Shown: positions 31,525 through 45,129 of the stretch, piece by piece
Position numbering within the stretch: the stretch's first letter is position 1
How the letters are laid out: each line of letters opens with the position of its first letter
Origin: Macrostomum lignano
Taxonomy: Eukaryota
Direction: 5' to 3'
Assembly (NCBI GenBank): GCA_002269645.1
Contig: NIVC01000212.1
Coordinates: 372,001 to 436,000, forward strand
Length of the DNA: 64,000 nucleotides
Translations under genes and position numbers: made by a program
Notes under the pieces: generated by a model
Databases searched by the model: none
What the model was told of the DNA's origin: nothing
What the model saw: the letters and a program-made list of their open reading frames with translations, nothing else

Positions 31525-34500
31525 CACGCCTATGCAGAAGCTGAAAAATGGGGAAAGAAAATTCCCAAAGAAACTGATGCTTTTCGCAGCCCCAAGGACC
31601 TATGCAGATTTCAAAAACAGTGTCAGACAAATCTAATCGCCTTGTCAAAAATGGTAATATGAATTTTTTATATTATATGCAAATTACATGTAATATGATA
31701 GGTATTTAAGGCGAAACCCATCGATAATATTAATGTTAATATAAGTTCGTAGTTTTAATATTATTTTTAATCATTAAAGGAACGTGCAAATGTATTAGTA
31801 TTAATATTATAAAATGAGAACCATGCACTTATTATTGCTAATGTCCGTATGGAATAAAGTGCGCATGGATGTTAAGTACACAAGCTAAATCCTAGAAATC
31901 TTGGCAGGCATAAAAATGCTTGACATCAAATATGGCTGGAATTGTAGCTAACAACTGCGCGCAGCAGGCATTCTGCATACTGCACATGCCCCAGAGGCCT
32001 GCGAAACCGCTGCCACGTCAAACGAAAGTCGCTGTGTGCAGACTCGACTGCCTGCTCACTGAAGGTCCCAAGGCCTGAGTTGAATCGCTCGCAGAACTCC
32101 GGAACATGGTGGAAAAGGGCGTGCATCTTAGGTGTCGGCACCAGCTTCAGTTCAGCGCAGCAGGATTCCAGCTGGGCAATCTTCTGGCAAAAGTCGCTCA
32201 TCAGCTGTTGCCCAAAGCATGCTTGGCGAACAGCATCGAATGCCATAAGAGCAGACGCATAGCCCTGGAGCCTTGATGGCAGGTTGCTCTTGAGCTCTTG
32301 AGCTTTAAGCAGCAATCTGACACACGCAGGGCCTTCCAGACACCCGCCGTGGTACTGCTCGCGACAGATTCCAGCTGAATGCGCCCACTTGTATGCCTTG
32401 TCGTCGCCCCAAGCTGAGTTCAGCTGATCGAGCAGTTTGTTGGTCACACCAAGCATGATGTGCAGCTCTGGTGGTGGCACGAGGTCCAGCATTGGCGTAG
32501 AATCAGCCCCAGGGAGAAGAGGCCGTCTGACACAGCTTGCGTAGTTTCTTGCCAGTCGCTGGCAGCTACCAGCAGCCTCGAATGCCGTGGCCATCCGACG
32601 AATGGATCCAAGGGTTCTCATGGAACCGGCAACTTGCCACGGCGCCTGCCCCTCACAGTAGAGACAAGGATGAGCTGCGGCATGAGCATGACTTTGAAGG
32701 CCACACAGGATGTTGGCTAGCTTGAAGTCGCAAGCGACTGTGAACTTAATCGATGTCAAGTCTAGCTCATCTAGAAGTGCTCGCACATTTGCATAGTTCT
32801 CCTGGACATCCTCAGCAATCGCGATGATAAACAGTTTTTTTATGCCAAAGTTGCTTATTCGCGACTCCCTGCTCAGCTTCTTAGGTGTGGACTCTGCCTG
32901 TGGTTCGGTAGGCAGTACTGGGGCGACACTAAGGCAGATTTTTAGCGAGCCACCACCTCCGTCCATCCCTAGCTTCAATCTCACATCGAACTCACTAAAT
33001 CCTCGCTTTGAGCAAATGAAGCTCAGCAGGCCCTGCAGATCGGGGCATATGACGGAACATCTTGTGGTATCAGTAAAGCTGCCACCTGAGGACTTTTGAG
33101 TGAATTTGAGCTGCCGCATCTCAAAAAAACTCTCTGCGATGCTGCCTGCGGCTGCCAGAGCTGCCCGCAGTCCGGGTTGCACGGCCTTACGACTGCCCTC
33201 CGCCTGCCTGATAATTGTGGCTGCCATGTTTGTCTGCCGGTCACTCAGATTGAGAGATGTCTTTAACGTTACTAGTGTCTCGGTCCTCAGCGCTCTCTGC
33301 TCATTTGAATCACTTGCATGCCTCAGCTGCATTGGTGGGCCACCGGTGGCGCTGGAAATAGAAGCCGTTGATCCATGTCCTGATGCTGCTGCTGCTCTTA
33401 GCTTTTCACGCATCACGTCATGAGCGATGTGCTCTTTTGATGTAGGGCTGAGCGTGCGCAGGTACTGCAACTTGCTGGAGACGCTGCACTTGTGCCTTAG
33501 GCCTTTGCCCACAAGTGAGTGGCACCTAGTGCAGCGCTTCTCCGAGTCTCTGTCCTGGCTTCGAGTTGTTTCTGCAGGTCGTCCTTGGGGCAATTTATGG
33601 TTGGCCCGGCTGCTGTCAGACATGTATGGGTGCCAGACCGCCACCCGCTTGTTTGATGGGCTGGAAACTACCTGGCAGATACAGCAGGAGCAGTGCGGAT
33701 GCTCACGTGTGAGTTGTGGCAAAACCTCCAAATCTGCAACAATTTGAAGGTATGGCAGTCGAGCAGGCAGTTCTTGCGGTACAGGTGACGTCTGTGACTG
33801 CAATTTCTTGCTGCAGCAGCTGCACATGCCTCCTGGCAGAGTATTACGGATGTAGGCATGACAGAATTCTGGCAGGATAAATTGCTCGATGAGTTCTGCT
33901 TGAGCAGCTGAAATAACGCGATCGGCTTTGCGGAAGCAGAGGATGCAGCACCAGATACGATTCTCTTCATGTGTGCGTCGAAAGTTTGGCATCGCGAGGC
34001 CAGAGAACTGATTTGAGTACTGAGGGTAATTGTTTCAATTGACTGCAACTTTATTTTCAAAGGAAGTCTGCGTGTTAGCAAACTTGTGATAAGAGGCATG
34101 TTCTACTTTATGAATGTACATAGTCTATTCATTGTTTCTCAATCCCTTAATCACAATAGATCTCAATAAATATGTACATTTGAGTTGTCTGCCAAAATTT
34201 CTATCTAATAATGTACAGCATTTTATGACGCCCTTAAATTTATGCTCTAAACTTTGCAATTGATGCCTGCTCTTGTTACGCAATTGTTTTCACTACTTGC
34301 AATGGCGCAACTGACGAATCTAATACTGAACATGCAGCTGAGAACACATAATTTCAATTTTACATTCTATTATTTTTGGACAAGGCGATTAGATTTGTCT
34401 GACACTGTTTTTGGGATCTGCATGGGTCATTGGGGCTGGGAAAAGCATTAGTTTCTTGGGGAGTTTTCTTTCCCCGTTTTTCAGCTTCTGCATAGGCGTG
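31525..34500 (-). mobile_element. Chapaev-type DNA transposon (CMC group, Transib/RAG1-related), 2,976 bp
   Basis: ~122-bp TIRs starting CACGCCTATGCAGAAGCTGAAAAA at 31525 and ending ...GCATAGGCGTG at 34500; encloses the transposase ORF. TSD not clear (cta/ata). Confidence 0.85.
31926..33992 (-). CDS. Chapaev/Transib-RAG1-like DDE transposase, 688 aa, uninterrupted
   Basis: N-terminal H-x7-C-x2-C...P-x3-C-x2-C (Chapa-like finger); KLGMDGGGG (D1), VACDFK (D2), HPCLYC, PPPELH, PKMH, SEQAVESAH (E). Confidence 0.88.
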   Translation of the reverse strand: MPNFRRTHEENRIWCCILCFRKADRVISAAQAELIEQFILPEFCHAYIRNTLPGGMCSCCSKKLQSQTSPVPQELPARLPYLQIVADLEVLPQLTREHPHCSCCICQVVSSPSNKRVAVWHPYMSDSSRANHKLPQGRPAETTRSQDRDSEKRCTRCHSLVGKGLRHKCSVSSKLQYLRTLSPTSKEHIAHDVMREKLRAAAASGHGSTASISSATGGPPMQLRHASDSNEQRALRTETLVTLKTSLNLSDRQTNMAATIIRQAEGSRKAVQPGLRAALAAAGSIAESFFEMRQLKFTQKSSGGSFTDTTRCSVICPDLQGLLSFICSKRGFSEFDVRLKLGMDGGGGSLKICLSVAPVLPTEPQAESTPKKLSRESRISNFGIKKLFIIAIAEDVQENYANVRALLDELDLTSIKFTVACDFKLANILCGLQSHAHAAAHPCLYCEGQAPWQVAGSMRTLGSIRRMATAFEAAGSCQRLARNYASCVRRPLLPGADSTPMLDLVPPPELHIMLGVTNKLLDQLNSAWGDDKAYKWAHSAGICREQYHGGCLEGPACVRLLLKAQELKSNLPSRLQGYASALMAFDAVRQACFGQQLMSDFCQKIAQLESCCAELKLVPTPKMHALFHHVPEFCERFNSGLGTFSEQAVESAHSDFRLTWQRFRRPLGHVQYAECLLRAVVSYNSSHI

Positions 34501-34854
34501 ATATACAACATTAATACTTTAGCATACTTAGGCTTTATATATACTTCAGCATTCGCCAAATTGGCTGTCACCAAACTGACTTCTTGTTGTCGCTAATTAG
34601 CTTGTCGCCAAATTAACTCGAAGCCATATTTGATGGTCTAGCAGACTAGATAATTCAACACTAATTGTAAACAGCTTCTTAGTTGCATAATAAGTAGCTA
34701 TTTTTTAAGCCTATTAGTTTAAATTAAGATAAGAGACATGGTTATTAAAGAGAAGCCACAGAACTATTGAATAATATTACTATATTATGAAATATCTACC
34801 TTTAGATAATCTTCAACTATAGAGATATCCTATTAGGCAAATACCACAGCCCCT

Positions 34855-35251
34855 AGTGTTGAGTTTTTGTTGTTGTGCTATGTTTTCTGATGCTATTATT
34901 AGAGGCAGGGGGGTTGTGTGCACCCTGGCGCAATTTAAGCGTCATTGGCACACAATTGGCGAGAGGCATTACTGCCCATTCCGCCAACTCCCCTGAGCAG
35001 GCATACAAGCGCGTGGATACGTTACGCAGGCACACACTCACACAGGAGTGTACAATGGCCCTAACTTTATCAATTGTTAGGCATGTACACTTCACTGCGC
35101 CTTGGGGGGGTTGGCTCTCAAGGCCATTAATTGCACAAGCGAGCCAAGCCAAGATTCCAATCCAGCCCCAAATTAATGTGACTGCACTTGGAATTGAGCC
35201 TGGGTCGCGGCACACCAGAGCAGCTGCACTACTGCTGGGCTACGGCCCCCC
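34855..35251 (-). mobile_element. tRNA-derived SINE-like element; related remnant at ~43270-43400
   Basis: The minus strand starts GGGGGGCCGTAGCCCAGCAGT (A-box-like)...GGCTCAATTCC (B-box-like) and has a CAA/A-rich tail. Its core gttaggcatgtacact..ctg.gccttg recurs at ~43327. Confidence 0.5.
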
Positions 35252-37380
35252 TTTTCTGATGCTAAAAAACAGATGCATTCAATTGGCTCATATGCCAATG
35301 GCAATAGTATTGGTCATTATCTAGGCAAGTTCCATAGAAATGTGGATTGGGCTTATTTATTTACTTCCCATCATTCTTGATTTGGCCAATCTTGCTAATG
35401 CTACTTGCTGCCTTTGTTGAAGTTTGTATATGGTTGCTTAATAGCCTTGGCTAAGTTGGCTTGACAAGCGTAGCATTGGTATTGACATTGTTACTAGCAC
35501 TGCTACAACTACAAGAAGCAATTAATTAAATTTTGGCCTTAAGATAGGTAATTTAGGATAGTAAATAATATAAATGATATAACTGCCCTTGTTGCTTGTC
35601 CACTCCATTGGGAGACAAACATGATCAGAGGGGGCAATGACCATAGGCTACCTATGACTGGGCAATGACCTGACGGACCTCTAGCACCAGACTGTCTCGT
35701 CTATATGCTTGATAGCTTTGGTAGCGCTTTGTGACCAGAGGACCAAGGTCCCACATGGACCCCACCTGTAGCCAAGGTGCAATAGTTGGTCACTCGGTCA
35801 TATTATGACTGAGTGGCTACCACCACTCTATATGACCTTGGCACACCTGGATCTTACTACTAGACCTCTCAAGGCTAGAGCCCCACCTGGATTAGTTACC
35901 AAGGGATTTAGGCTAACAGAGGAGACACATGCAGCCAAGTATAGGGACTCTGCTTGGGGCATGATCGGGAACTCTGGGCTCAATCTGAAGGTGATATGGG
36001 GGGATAATTGGCACAGCAGGAGGTTGTGAAAGTGTTGCACAAGCAAACATTGAGAACAATGGGGCTAGGGTCAAGAACAAAGGAAATAGAAATTGGGGAT
36101 AATTGGGAAGAATTGAGAACAATAAAAAAGTAAACATTAAAGAAGAGGTGCTAATTAGGTACAAAAATGAGAACAAAAGAAAAAGAAAATCTGGGAAAAT
36201 TTGAATTGGTTGCAAAAAGGAGTACAAAAGAATTGAAAATGAGAACAATAGAAGTGGAGGTAGAGTGCATGTTGCATGAGAAATTTAGGAAAGAACAATA
36301 GCATGAGAAAAGGTTGCGCAAGAGAGGGAAATGAGTCATCAATGAGTCATCAAGGGGAAGGAGAGGTCACACGACTTGCGTCACCATTTGGGAGTTTGAG
36401 AAAGGATGGGAGGGACAGTGAGCACACAAAGTACTGTAAGTAGGTACCAAAAAAGGGGGAAAATGTAGGAAAAAAGTGCAAAAAAGACAATAAGATGGGG
36501 AACAAGAAAAGTACATAACAAATAGGGTAGAGTGCATAGGAGGTAGAGTAGCTGGGAAGATATAGAGAAAGACAGGGGCTCTGGAAAGGCATATATGGCC
36601 GCCTAGGAGATAGAGCCGAGGCCGCAGGGGGTGCAGCAAAGTGGGAGTCAGCAGGATTTGGTCGAGGACCTGGCCCAGTCTCGATGGCTCCATTCAGGAG
36701 GTGCACGGTGATATGAGGAACTTTTGAAAAAGTTCCCTTGCTCTATCTTGCGACCAAAGCGTGGTTACATCATAAACTTAATCAAAGATAAATTTTAAAA
36801 TGTCAATAAGCTTCATTTCAAAAGCATTACCAAAAAGATTAACTAAAGCCAAATAAAAAAAATCACTTGTCAATCAGCCTCAATCATGCATTGCATGTGG
36901 TCAATAGTTTTAGGTATTGTCATTAAAATAGGTCAGCTAGCTTGACCTTTATTTTCCAAGCTGTTTTAGCCATGCTTGAACTTGCAAAACCAGCTAGTGA
37001 CAGTGGAAATGGATGGCGCAAGGTTCAAAAAGGCAGTAGACAACCACTCGTGGCACTGGTAAAATATCAAGCCACTCTTAGAATTATGAAAAAATCATGG
37101 CACAAAAGTGTTCACAATTGAGCTCCATTGTAGTGCTGAGTTATAGACCTTGTTGAGATAAAATATGATAGTGAAAGAATGCTAACAATTAACTTTTACA
37201 TGAAACTTTAAGTATCAATGTATCATGGTAAAACTTTTTATTAAAAAAGGCTTAGAAAATATGGCCTAATTTTAATAAGCAGTCTGGCTGCAGCTAAAAA
37301 CTTCTATAGTGTCCCTAGTACTTTCTAATCCTAGTATTTAAGACTAGCAATCTAGTTCTCCCTTTGATACACCCAATAAG

Positions 37381-38261
37381 CAGTGTTGGGCACCAGTCCG
37401 TTAATAAGCGTTAATCCGTTAATAAGCATTAATAAGTGTTAAGATTTTTCATTAACATTAACGGACTGTCGTTAAGATTTTTTTGAACTAACGGATTAAC
37501 GAATTTGCATTAAAAATTTTGTGAATTAACGATAAATTCATCGTTACCAGTAGTTTCTATGTCAATGACCAAAGATGCAAAGAAGGAACAAAAAATAGAA
37601 GTCTTACAAGAAGTTTAAACATTACAAATGTATTTGAGCTTACCTATATGCCTAAATATAATCTCTTTATTTATGACGATGATCATACAGATGTACATGT
37701 AATTAACAACTTCTTACAAATAAACTTTAAAATAATGAATTAAAATAGTGTGAAACTTTATTTCTTGCGCGTGAGCATCGATCGCTTTGATTCACTTCTG
37801 TCCCAATCTTTCGCAACTTTCTGCTGCGCCTGCAAATGGTACTGAAACAACCTTCCTATGCGTATTTAATTATGAATTTCTCGCTATTAGCTTTTAAGTT
37901 TCAAATAAAATAAGTTTCTTTTTTACCATATGCTTTACTTTTAGTACTATTATGCATGCAAGTTTTTAAAATGATTATTTATTACTTTTTTAGCTTTCAA
38001 ATCGCTTAGATGACCTCTGTGTTTTGCTTAAAAGATGGAATAGCAAAGACGTGCAATACGAAGTCTGTTTTGGAAAAAACATGCAAGATTTCTGTATTTT
38101 CTATGTTAAATTTAACGAATTAACACTTATTAACGATTATAAGTTAACTTTCAGTTAACTTAACGAAATTAGGAGTTAAAAAGTTAAGATTTTTTTGTTT
38201 TAACGCTAACGCTTTTGCTATTAACGGAAGTTAAGATTTTCATTAACGGTGCCCAACACTG
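37381..38261 (+). mobile_element. hAT-type MITE copy C, uninterrupted (881 bp)
   Basis: TIRs CAGTGTTGGGCACC / GGTGCCCAACACTG; 8-bp TSD CCAATAAG on both sides; subterminal TTAACG arrays. Confidence 0.95.
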
Positions 38262-38499
38262 CCAATAAGCAAAGAACAAAAATTATTCATGAAAAATCAA
38301 CAAAAAAGCACATTTTCTTAAAAACCAATTCCTTTTTTAGTTTTAAAAATCACCTTATTCAAGTAAAATTGTCACAGACAAATGTTTGCTATGTTTGTTA
38401 TGAATCTCTTTTTTTTCCAAAATTAATAAAGAGATAATAAAATGAAGCTTTTACAAAGATAACAGACATTCCCCTAAATATAATTTAATATCCCCATGA

Positions 38500-39025
38500 T
38501 AGCAAGCATCTCCCTAGATAGCAAGCATCCTCTCAGATAGCAAGTACATCTTAGATAGCAAGCATCCCTTAATAACAAGCATTTCCCAGATGGTAAGAAT
38601 CCTACAAATAGCAAGTATCCCTTCTAGATAGTAAACATCCTTAGATAGCAAGCATTTTCCAGATAGCAAGCATTCTCCAGATAGCAAGCATTCTCTAGAT
38701 AGCAAGCATCCCTCCTAGATATAAAGTAGCTAATAAAAATATTTCCTCTGCTAATGCAATAATCAATTTCTTAAGTTGTGCAATAATCCATCTTAGCTAG
38801 TGCAATAACATCTTTTTCAGCCAGTGCAATAATCCTCTTTGCTAGTGCAATAATCCTTTACTTATCAAGTGCAATAATCATTGGCTTATCAAGTTTAATA
38901 ATCCTTGGTTTATCAAGTGCAATAGTTCTTGGCTTATATAATGCAATAATCAATGTCTTAGCAAGTGCAGTAATCTTTAAATTATCAATTGCAGTAATCC
39001 TTGGCTTATCAAATGCAACTATCAA
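38500..39025. repeat. Degenerate minisatellites (agatagcaagcat.., then gtgcaataatc..)
   Basis: Two adjacent blocks of short degenerate units. Confidence 0.65.
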
Positions 39026-42000
39026 GTAAAAAATATATAGATAGTTATCCCCTCAGCAGTTTTCAGCTGTACATGTATGCCCATAAGTCTAGAAGAACTA
39101 CCCTAGCAGTTTTCAGTTTGTCCCCTTTGTAGTCTGCATGAATGATCCTTTTGAGTTTTGACAATCTGCAATTCCCCATAGCAATCTACAGTCATTCCAT
39201 TTGCATTCTACAAATGTTCCCTTAACAATTCTCATTTAATCCCTTCAGTAGTCTGCAGTTCTCCTCTTAGCTGGCTCTTTAGTATCCTCAGCAAGCTGCA
39301 ATGATCCTCTCAATTGTTGAAAAGATGCTAGGATCAGTAATACTCAAAGCAGCTTTTACAAATCAAATTTGCTTAGTGGCTTATGACGAATAGTAAAAAT
39401 AATTAATTGTTGATTAATAAAAATGTTTCAATTGCTATTAATAAAGAAATGTTTAATAAATAAGTTGATAAACAGGCTATAAGTACATATATTAATTTAA
39501 TTTTAATTGTCCACAGCAATGCAGACTTGAACCTGGGACCTTATGCCTAGCTTAAACTTAGTCCTAGTGCCTACAATGCAACCATTCTGTCTATTGATTG
39601 GAGAGTAAAAAAATCAACCACATATGCTTGGCATTGGAGTCAAATATATAGCAGTAATATAATAGGCTATCAATATGCATAGTATACATTAGTTTCTATG
39701 CACAACCATTTCATTATGGTCATTAGTTGTGGTGTAGCTAGAAAAATAAGTGTAATTTTTATAAAGGTTTTCAATCTAAACTAAACTAAAATGAATTCTA
39801 TAAGCACTTACAGATGCCATGGCAGAAAGCGCAATATGTTGTATCTTGGTAGATGTTAATGAGATATTCATTAGGTGCTAAAAATAGCAAATTATTGTTA
39901 TGAGCCCCATCCTCCAAAGCGACGCCTATAGCTTTAACCTGTTGGAAAGCTGTGACCCCCAGGTCCCCAGTTAGAGCTCCTATCTCGTGTTCGAAGGAGA
40001 AGCAAGAAAACGACAAAGCAGAACTCATAAGCTTCCGCCCAAAAGCTGATACAATTTGCACTTGCTATGTGCTTTGGTAAACAAGTTTGTTTTGAAGTAG
40101 CCAATGATAAGACCAAAAGAATGCAAGGGCGCCGCTGTCCACTAGACAGCAAATTCATTATATTTATTATCTGACCTACAAGTACATAAATACATTTAGA
40201 ACAAATGTACGGTACAATAGGGGGAGGTGGTGCAAGGTGGTGTGACCAGTGTATGCATTGATTATTGATTGGAGAGGTGGGGTGGGGCAGACTGGAGGGT
40301 TGGGGCAGGGCAGGAGGGCAAAAAAGAACAGGATTGCACAACATAATTATATATTTAACCATTGGTAAATGTTAAAATGGCTGTGTCAATATCAAGGGAA
40401 CAAAAATACTAGGTGAAACAAGTATATCTCAAGCATTTATTAGCATATTGTCTTTTGTAAGTATGCTCAGTCATCTGTTGCATTTAAATTCAACTACGTA
40501 TAAGTAAAGCAGCAGGCTTATCTGAAAAGTACTTATGAATGACAGCAATGTAATTGCTAGTCAATAAATGTTTAAGTTTGCATCTATGCAATAGAAACTA
40601 TTAGGAGACTAGGTAGGCTTTGCATTCAATGTGCTCAGACATTGATATATTTTTAATTTGCAAGTACAACAATTAACAAATATAAATAAAAATACTAAAT
40701 TAACTACAAAATGCTTAGACAAAGAAAACATTCAACTTTGGTCAACACTCTTGCCAATAAGGGGAAATGCTGCCCAATAGGTTGTACCGTCACCTTGATT
40801 TTCTTGCAGATTTAATAAACTCCAGTGGTTAGTACATTCAAATTACATGACCCCCTAATGTACAAAGCTCGTAGTCACACTGAGCAAGTAACTAATCAGT
40901 TTCCCTAGTCCACCCTGCTGTGATTGAGTACCTGCTCCAGCTGGTGTAGAAACTCAAAAGAGGCAAGACGGCATAGCCTTAGAAGCAGAAAAGCTTTGTC
41001 TTGCAGCTATATGTACATAGCACTATATTGATAGAGAGAGCAAAGGAGGGATGCTTGAGTGTTTGACAGGCCATTTAACTGCATGATTGTATTACCTGAT
41101 TAGTAACTTTTATCAGATGAACTAAGTCAGGTAATAATGCAGGATGCATAAATAAATATTGTTTGAATACTTTGAGTGTATATCTAGTTAAAAGCTGCAG
41201 TACAATTTCATGGAATAGTTTTATAATAATTTAAGTTAAAATTTAATAAAGAGTAAAAACTACAGAAAAAACTAAAGACAAACTTGAGATAGTGCCAAAA
41301 GAACAAAACTGTGGCGGCCAGACTGTACGCGACCAGCAGCACCAGTGCAGCCACACTGGAAACCCCCCCAACCTCTGTCTAGCTGAGGTGGGGTGGGTGC
41401 GCTCCATGATAGCCGGCTCGCTAAGCCGGGGAGGGGGGGGGGATCGCCTATCACGCCACGCCACCTTTTTGTACCTCCCTAGGCCCCACAATATTGTACT
41501 GTTTGTATAAATATAAATATACGCGCAAAGCAGCGCAAGATCTTTGCTGCCATTCCATCTATTGAAACAAAAAGGCCTTCCACCTCAAAACTGCATTTTT
41601 GCATACAAAAATAAATAACTTTCTTGTTTGAGAGATGCGCAATGAATATACATGTATGCACACATTGGCACCCACTGGCAAAGGCATTCAGCTCAATTGA
41701 AAGCGTGTTTTATATAGAGATAGGTGAGAGAGATTCATTCAGAGATACTAAGTAAGACAGACAAACAGAAAGACAGGCAGACAGACAGACAGACAGAGAA
41801 CAGACAGACAGACAGTCAAACACATAAGGTAATTTTTTGTTATAGCAGTCTATTCTTATTGCGTGAGTGTTTACATACATAAAGGAAACAAACGGTTACA
41901 TTGAGTAAATACAGTACTACTTTTCTATTAACAGCAGCAAGTTGGCAAAATCATTGAAAGTAGGTCAGTTAGAGAACTGGAACGTGAACTAGAAACTCTT

Positions 42001-43535
42001 GTTGTCGAGGAATGCAGATTGCCTTGTTTGCAGGAATCGATTCATAAACACATACTCTTGTCCATCGATAGTATCCAATGCGCAACAAACTAGATGAAAA
42101 ACGACTATTGTCAAACTGGTACAAGTGCCTAGTGAATTCCAGTACAGCCCCATCCATGTGGCCCAATGCTGTGACATTTAAAACTATAACAAAGTTTTTC
42201 CATCTGGCAGAATAGCACAGTTGTTAGGTGACTCGGGTGAGAAATAGATGGTGTTTAATTCTGCGTCAGTGTAGATAGCACGGATATTCCTTAGTTAGTT
42301 TACTGAATTAAAAAAATATATGCCTTGAAGCTCTAATCCGTCGTTTGAGTAATCCAATTGGCAATTTATACAGGAAAAAAAGTGCACATATCTCTTTTAG
42401 ATTCTCTGAAATTGGCGCACCAACACAGTTAAGATTGGGTTGCTCCTATTTCTACTTGTTGCTGGGTGGCATAGCTATCATGCTTGAACTCGGTGCTTTT
42501 AGCCATAACACTCTGACCAATCGGCCTCAGAGGCTTCAGAATCACTACTGATCCTTGGCTGCTTATAAACTGGTTGTTTATCACTTGAACTGCTGTCGTC
42601 TTCAGATGATTCACTGCTGGATGCAGCAGCAGAAGCAACAGTTACTTTGCACTTTCGTCCGTGTTTCTCGCGGATCTGCTGAACAATTGGACTTACAAAT
42701 GTAGCAAGCTTCCTCAGCAATCATCCATGATGTATTTCAAATGTGTTATAAACAAAAATGTAGCAGGAACTCGACCACAGACCTTTGCAGCAATGCCTAA
42801 AAAGTCCGTCTGTCTCAGGCCTAAAATGCATTTGGGAGCATAGAAAAGCATGTGTTTTTTGCTATCACCATTGCATTTATTTTGCTAAATTTAATAGATT
42901 TAAAGCTAAGCTAAGCAAAGCTAACCCATTGAAAAAAATAAAAACAGTAAGAATTTTGCTAAAATTTCAAACTGAAATTAAGTTAAACATTAATTCTATA
43001 ATTAAACCAACTTTCTGCTATGCCTTTCTTTATGACTTACCCAAAAAAGTAGAAAAAAATGATCAGAGTTATCAATTTTCCAACTTACCTTTGGTATGTC
43101 ACTATCAAAGTTTATGCCTGCTAGGTTTGTTAGCAGTTGCACATATTTTTTATGTTTTTTTGTTAAATTCCCCATTGGCAATCTAACAAAAATAAATTAA
43201 CTCAAGCTTAGCCCTGGTGATTTTTAGCGTTAGGTCTCTGCATCTACTTTGCTTCATTAATTTGGAGGTCTATGCATAAGGTCAACCATGGGGTGGGTGT
43301 ACAGCGGTCATGTGACTTTCTAATCGTTAGGCATGTACACTCTCTCTGTGCCTTGAGGGTTAGTCCTCATGGCTGTGAATCGCATGGCAGCACCTTTTAG
43401 CCAGGTTTTAGTGTACAAATAAACCTCAAATTAATATTCAGACCGCTTGTAAAACGTTAGGGCCACTGTACACCCTGTGAGCTTGTGCTCCGGGCTTATT
43501 GCCATGTTTACCTGTGTGTCCCCCCCACCCCGCAG

Positions 43536-44845
43536 CCGAAGCCACGCTCAGCCTCTGCGGAGGCCCGCGACGCCGCCTGGGAGCTGGTCCGCGCCGCTCA
43601 GGCCATCGACAATCCGCTAGCCGCCTACCTGCCCAAATCTGCCACCTTCGAAGCTCGGCCTCGTCCCGGCAAGGCAATCTCGTCGACGACGCCGCCGCTT
43701 CGCTGTCAATTAGAATGTCGACGGGCCGACGACGTGTCGGCTGATGATCGCGATGTGATAATGCAGCTAATAAGCGACAACATGAGCGCTCTGTACGCCG
43801 AAAGCTCCTGGGGCTGGAAGGAGCGCGAGAAGAAACGGGAAATATTTGACGATCGGCATTATTTCTTATTGGCTAGGCGGGACTCCGACAAAAAGCTGGT
43901 TGGATTGGCTAATATTAGATTTGATTTGGACTTCAATGCCCCCGTGCTCTATTGCTACGAGTTACAGGTTTGTTTGTTTATTATTATAAATTGTTGCTTT
44001 TTTAGTGAAAAATTATTGAGACTTTGCACCGTGATGCATCGATTTAGAGCCACTGATTTGGAGTTTAGACATATTAATTAGGGATTTAAAGACACCGATT
44101 AGAGCTTTATGGTTTATGGGCATTGATTAGGAATTTTTTGAGACAGTAAATAGCCATTAAGAGACACTAATAAGGAATTTAGAGGCACTAATAATTAGAA
44201 ATTTAGAGAATTTATAATTAGAGATTTTGAGGCAATAATTAGGGATTTGTAGAGACACTAATTACGGATTTGTAGAGACACTAATTAGGAATTTGTAAAG
44301 ACACTAATTAGGAATTTGTAAAGACACTAATTACGGATTTGTAGAGACACTAATTAGGAATTTGTAGAGACACTAATTAGGAATTTGTAGAGACACTAAT
44401 TAGGTATTTATAGAGACAAAAATTAGGTATTTAGAGACACTTATTAGGGATTTGTAGCAACACAAATGAGGGATTAAGACACTAATTAGGGATTTGTTAT
44501 TAGACACTAATAATTAGGGTCTTAGGATCTATGAATTAAAAAATTTCGAAGTTTCTTATATAAGGTTTAACAGGTGTTATAAAGATTCAATGCTAAATAT
44601 CCCAACAACAGGTCCGCTCAGACTGCCAAGGCCAGGGTCTGGGCAAATTCCTGTTGCTATCGATGCAGATCATGGCGACCAGAGCTCGCATGGCCAAACT
44701 CATGGTCACCGTGTTCAAAGCTAACGAGCGCACCCTGAAGTTTTTCTACGACATGCGTTTTAAACGAGACGAAACTGATTTGGGCGAGCAAGGCGAGAAT
44801 GTGGATCTGGATTATGTGATCCTGTCCAAGACTACTAGCCAGTAA
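43536..44845 (+). CDS. NAA40: N-alpha-acetyltransferase 40 (NatD); exons 43536-43967 and 44612-44845; first coding exon unresolved (candidate ATG 42793)
   Basis: NMSALYAESSWGWKEREKKREI, RFDLDF..VLYCYELQ|V...QGQGLGKFL, MVTVFKANERTLKFF, DYVILSK are typical NAA40 motifs; the GT-AG intron is phase 0. Confidence 0.9.
44130..44520. repeat. ~23-bp minisatellite in NAA40 intron (gagacactaattaggaatttgta)
   Basis: Tandem degenerate units. Confidence 0.8.
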
Positions 44846-45129
44846 TAACTTCGACTGGTATGCTGCGTTGTAAACAATCCATAAGTTTATACAACAAACA
44901 TGCTATTTGTTCCGGTAAAATTCATTGCAATATTTTATTAATAGTTTATCAACACGGCATTTCGAAAGCTTTGCGTTTTTTATCAGTGGAACTAGAATAT
45001 TTGAATATTAGTATTTATTATATAACGTAATCTATTATCAAATATATTACTTTGCATTTGTTTCAACAGTTCTTCTCTGCAAATATAAGTCCTTTTGTCA
45101 TTTTTATTGTCATTTAGCCCTGTACAGTT

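Noticed and set aside
35600-36720. Possible decayed retroelement
   Set aside because: Composition differs from the flanks, but I found no terminal repeats, TSD or protein motif to support a call.
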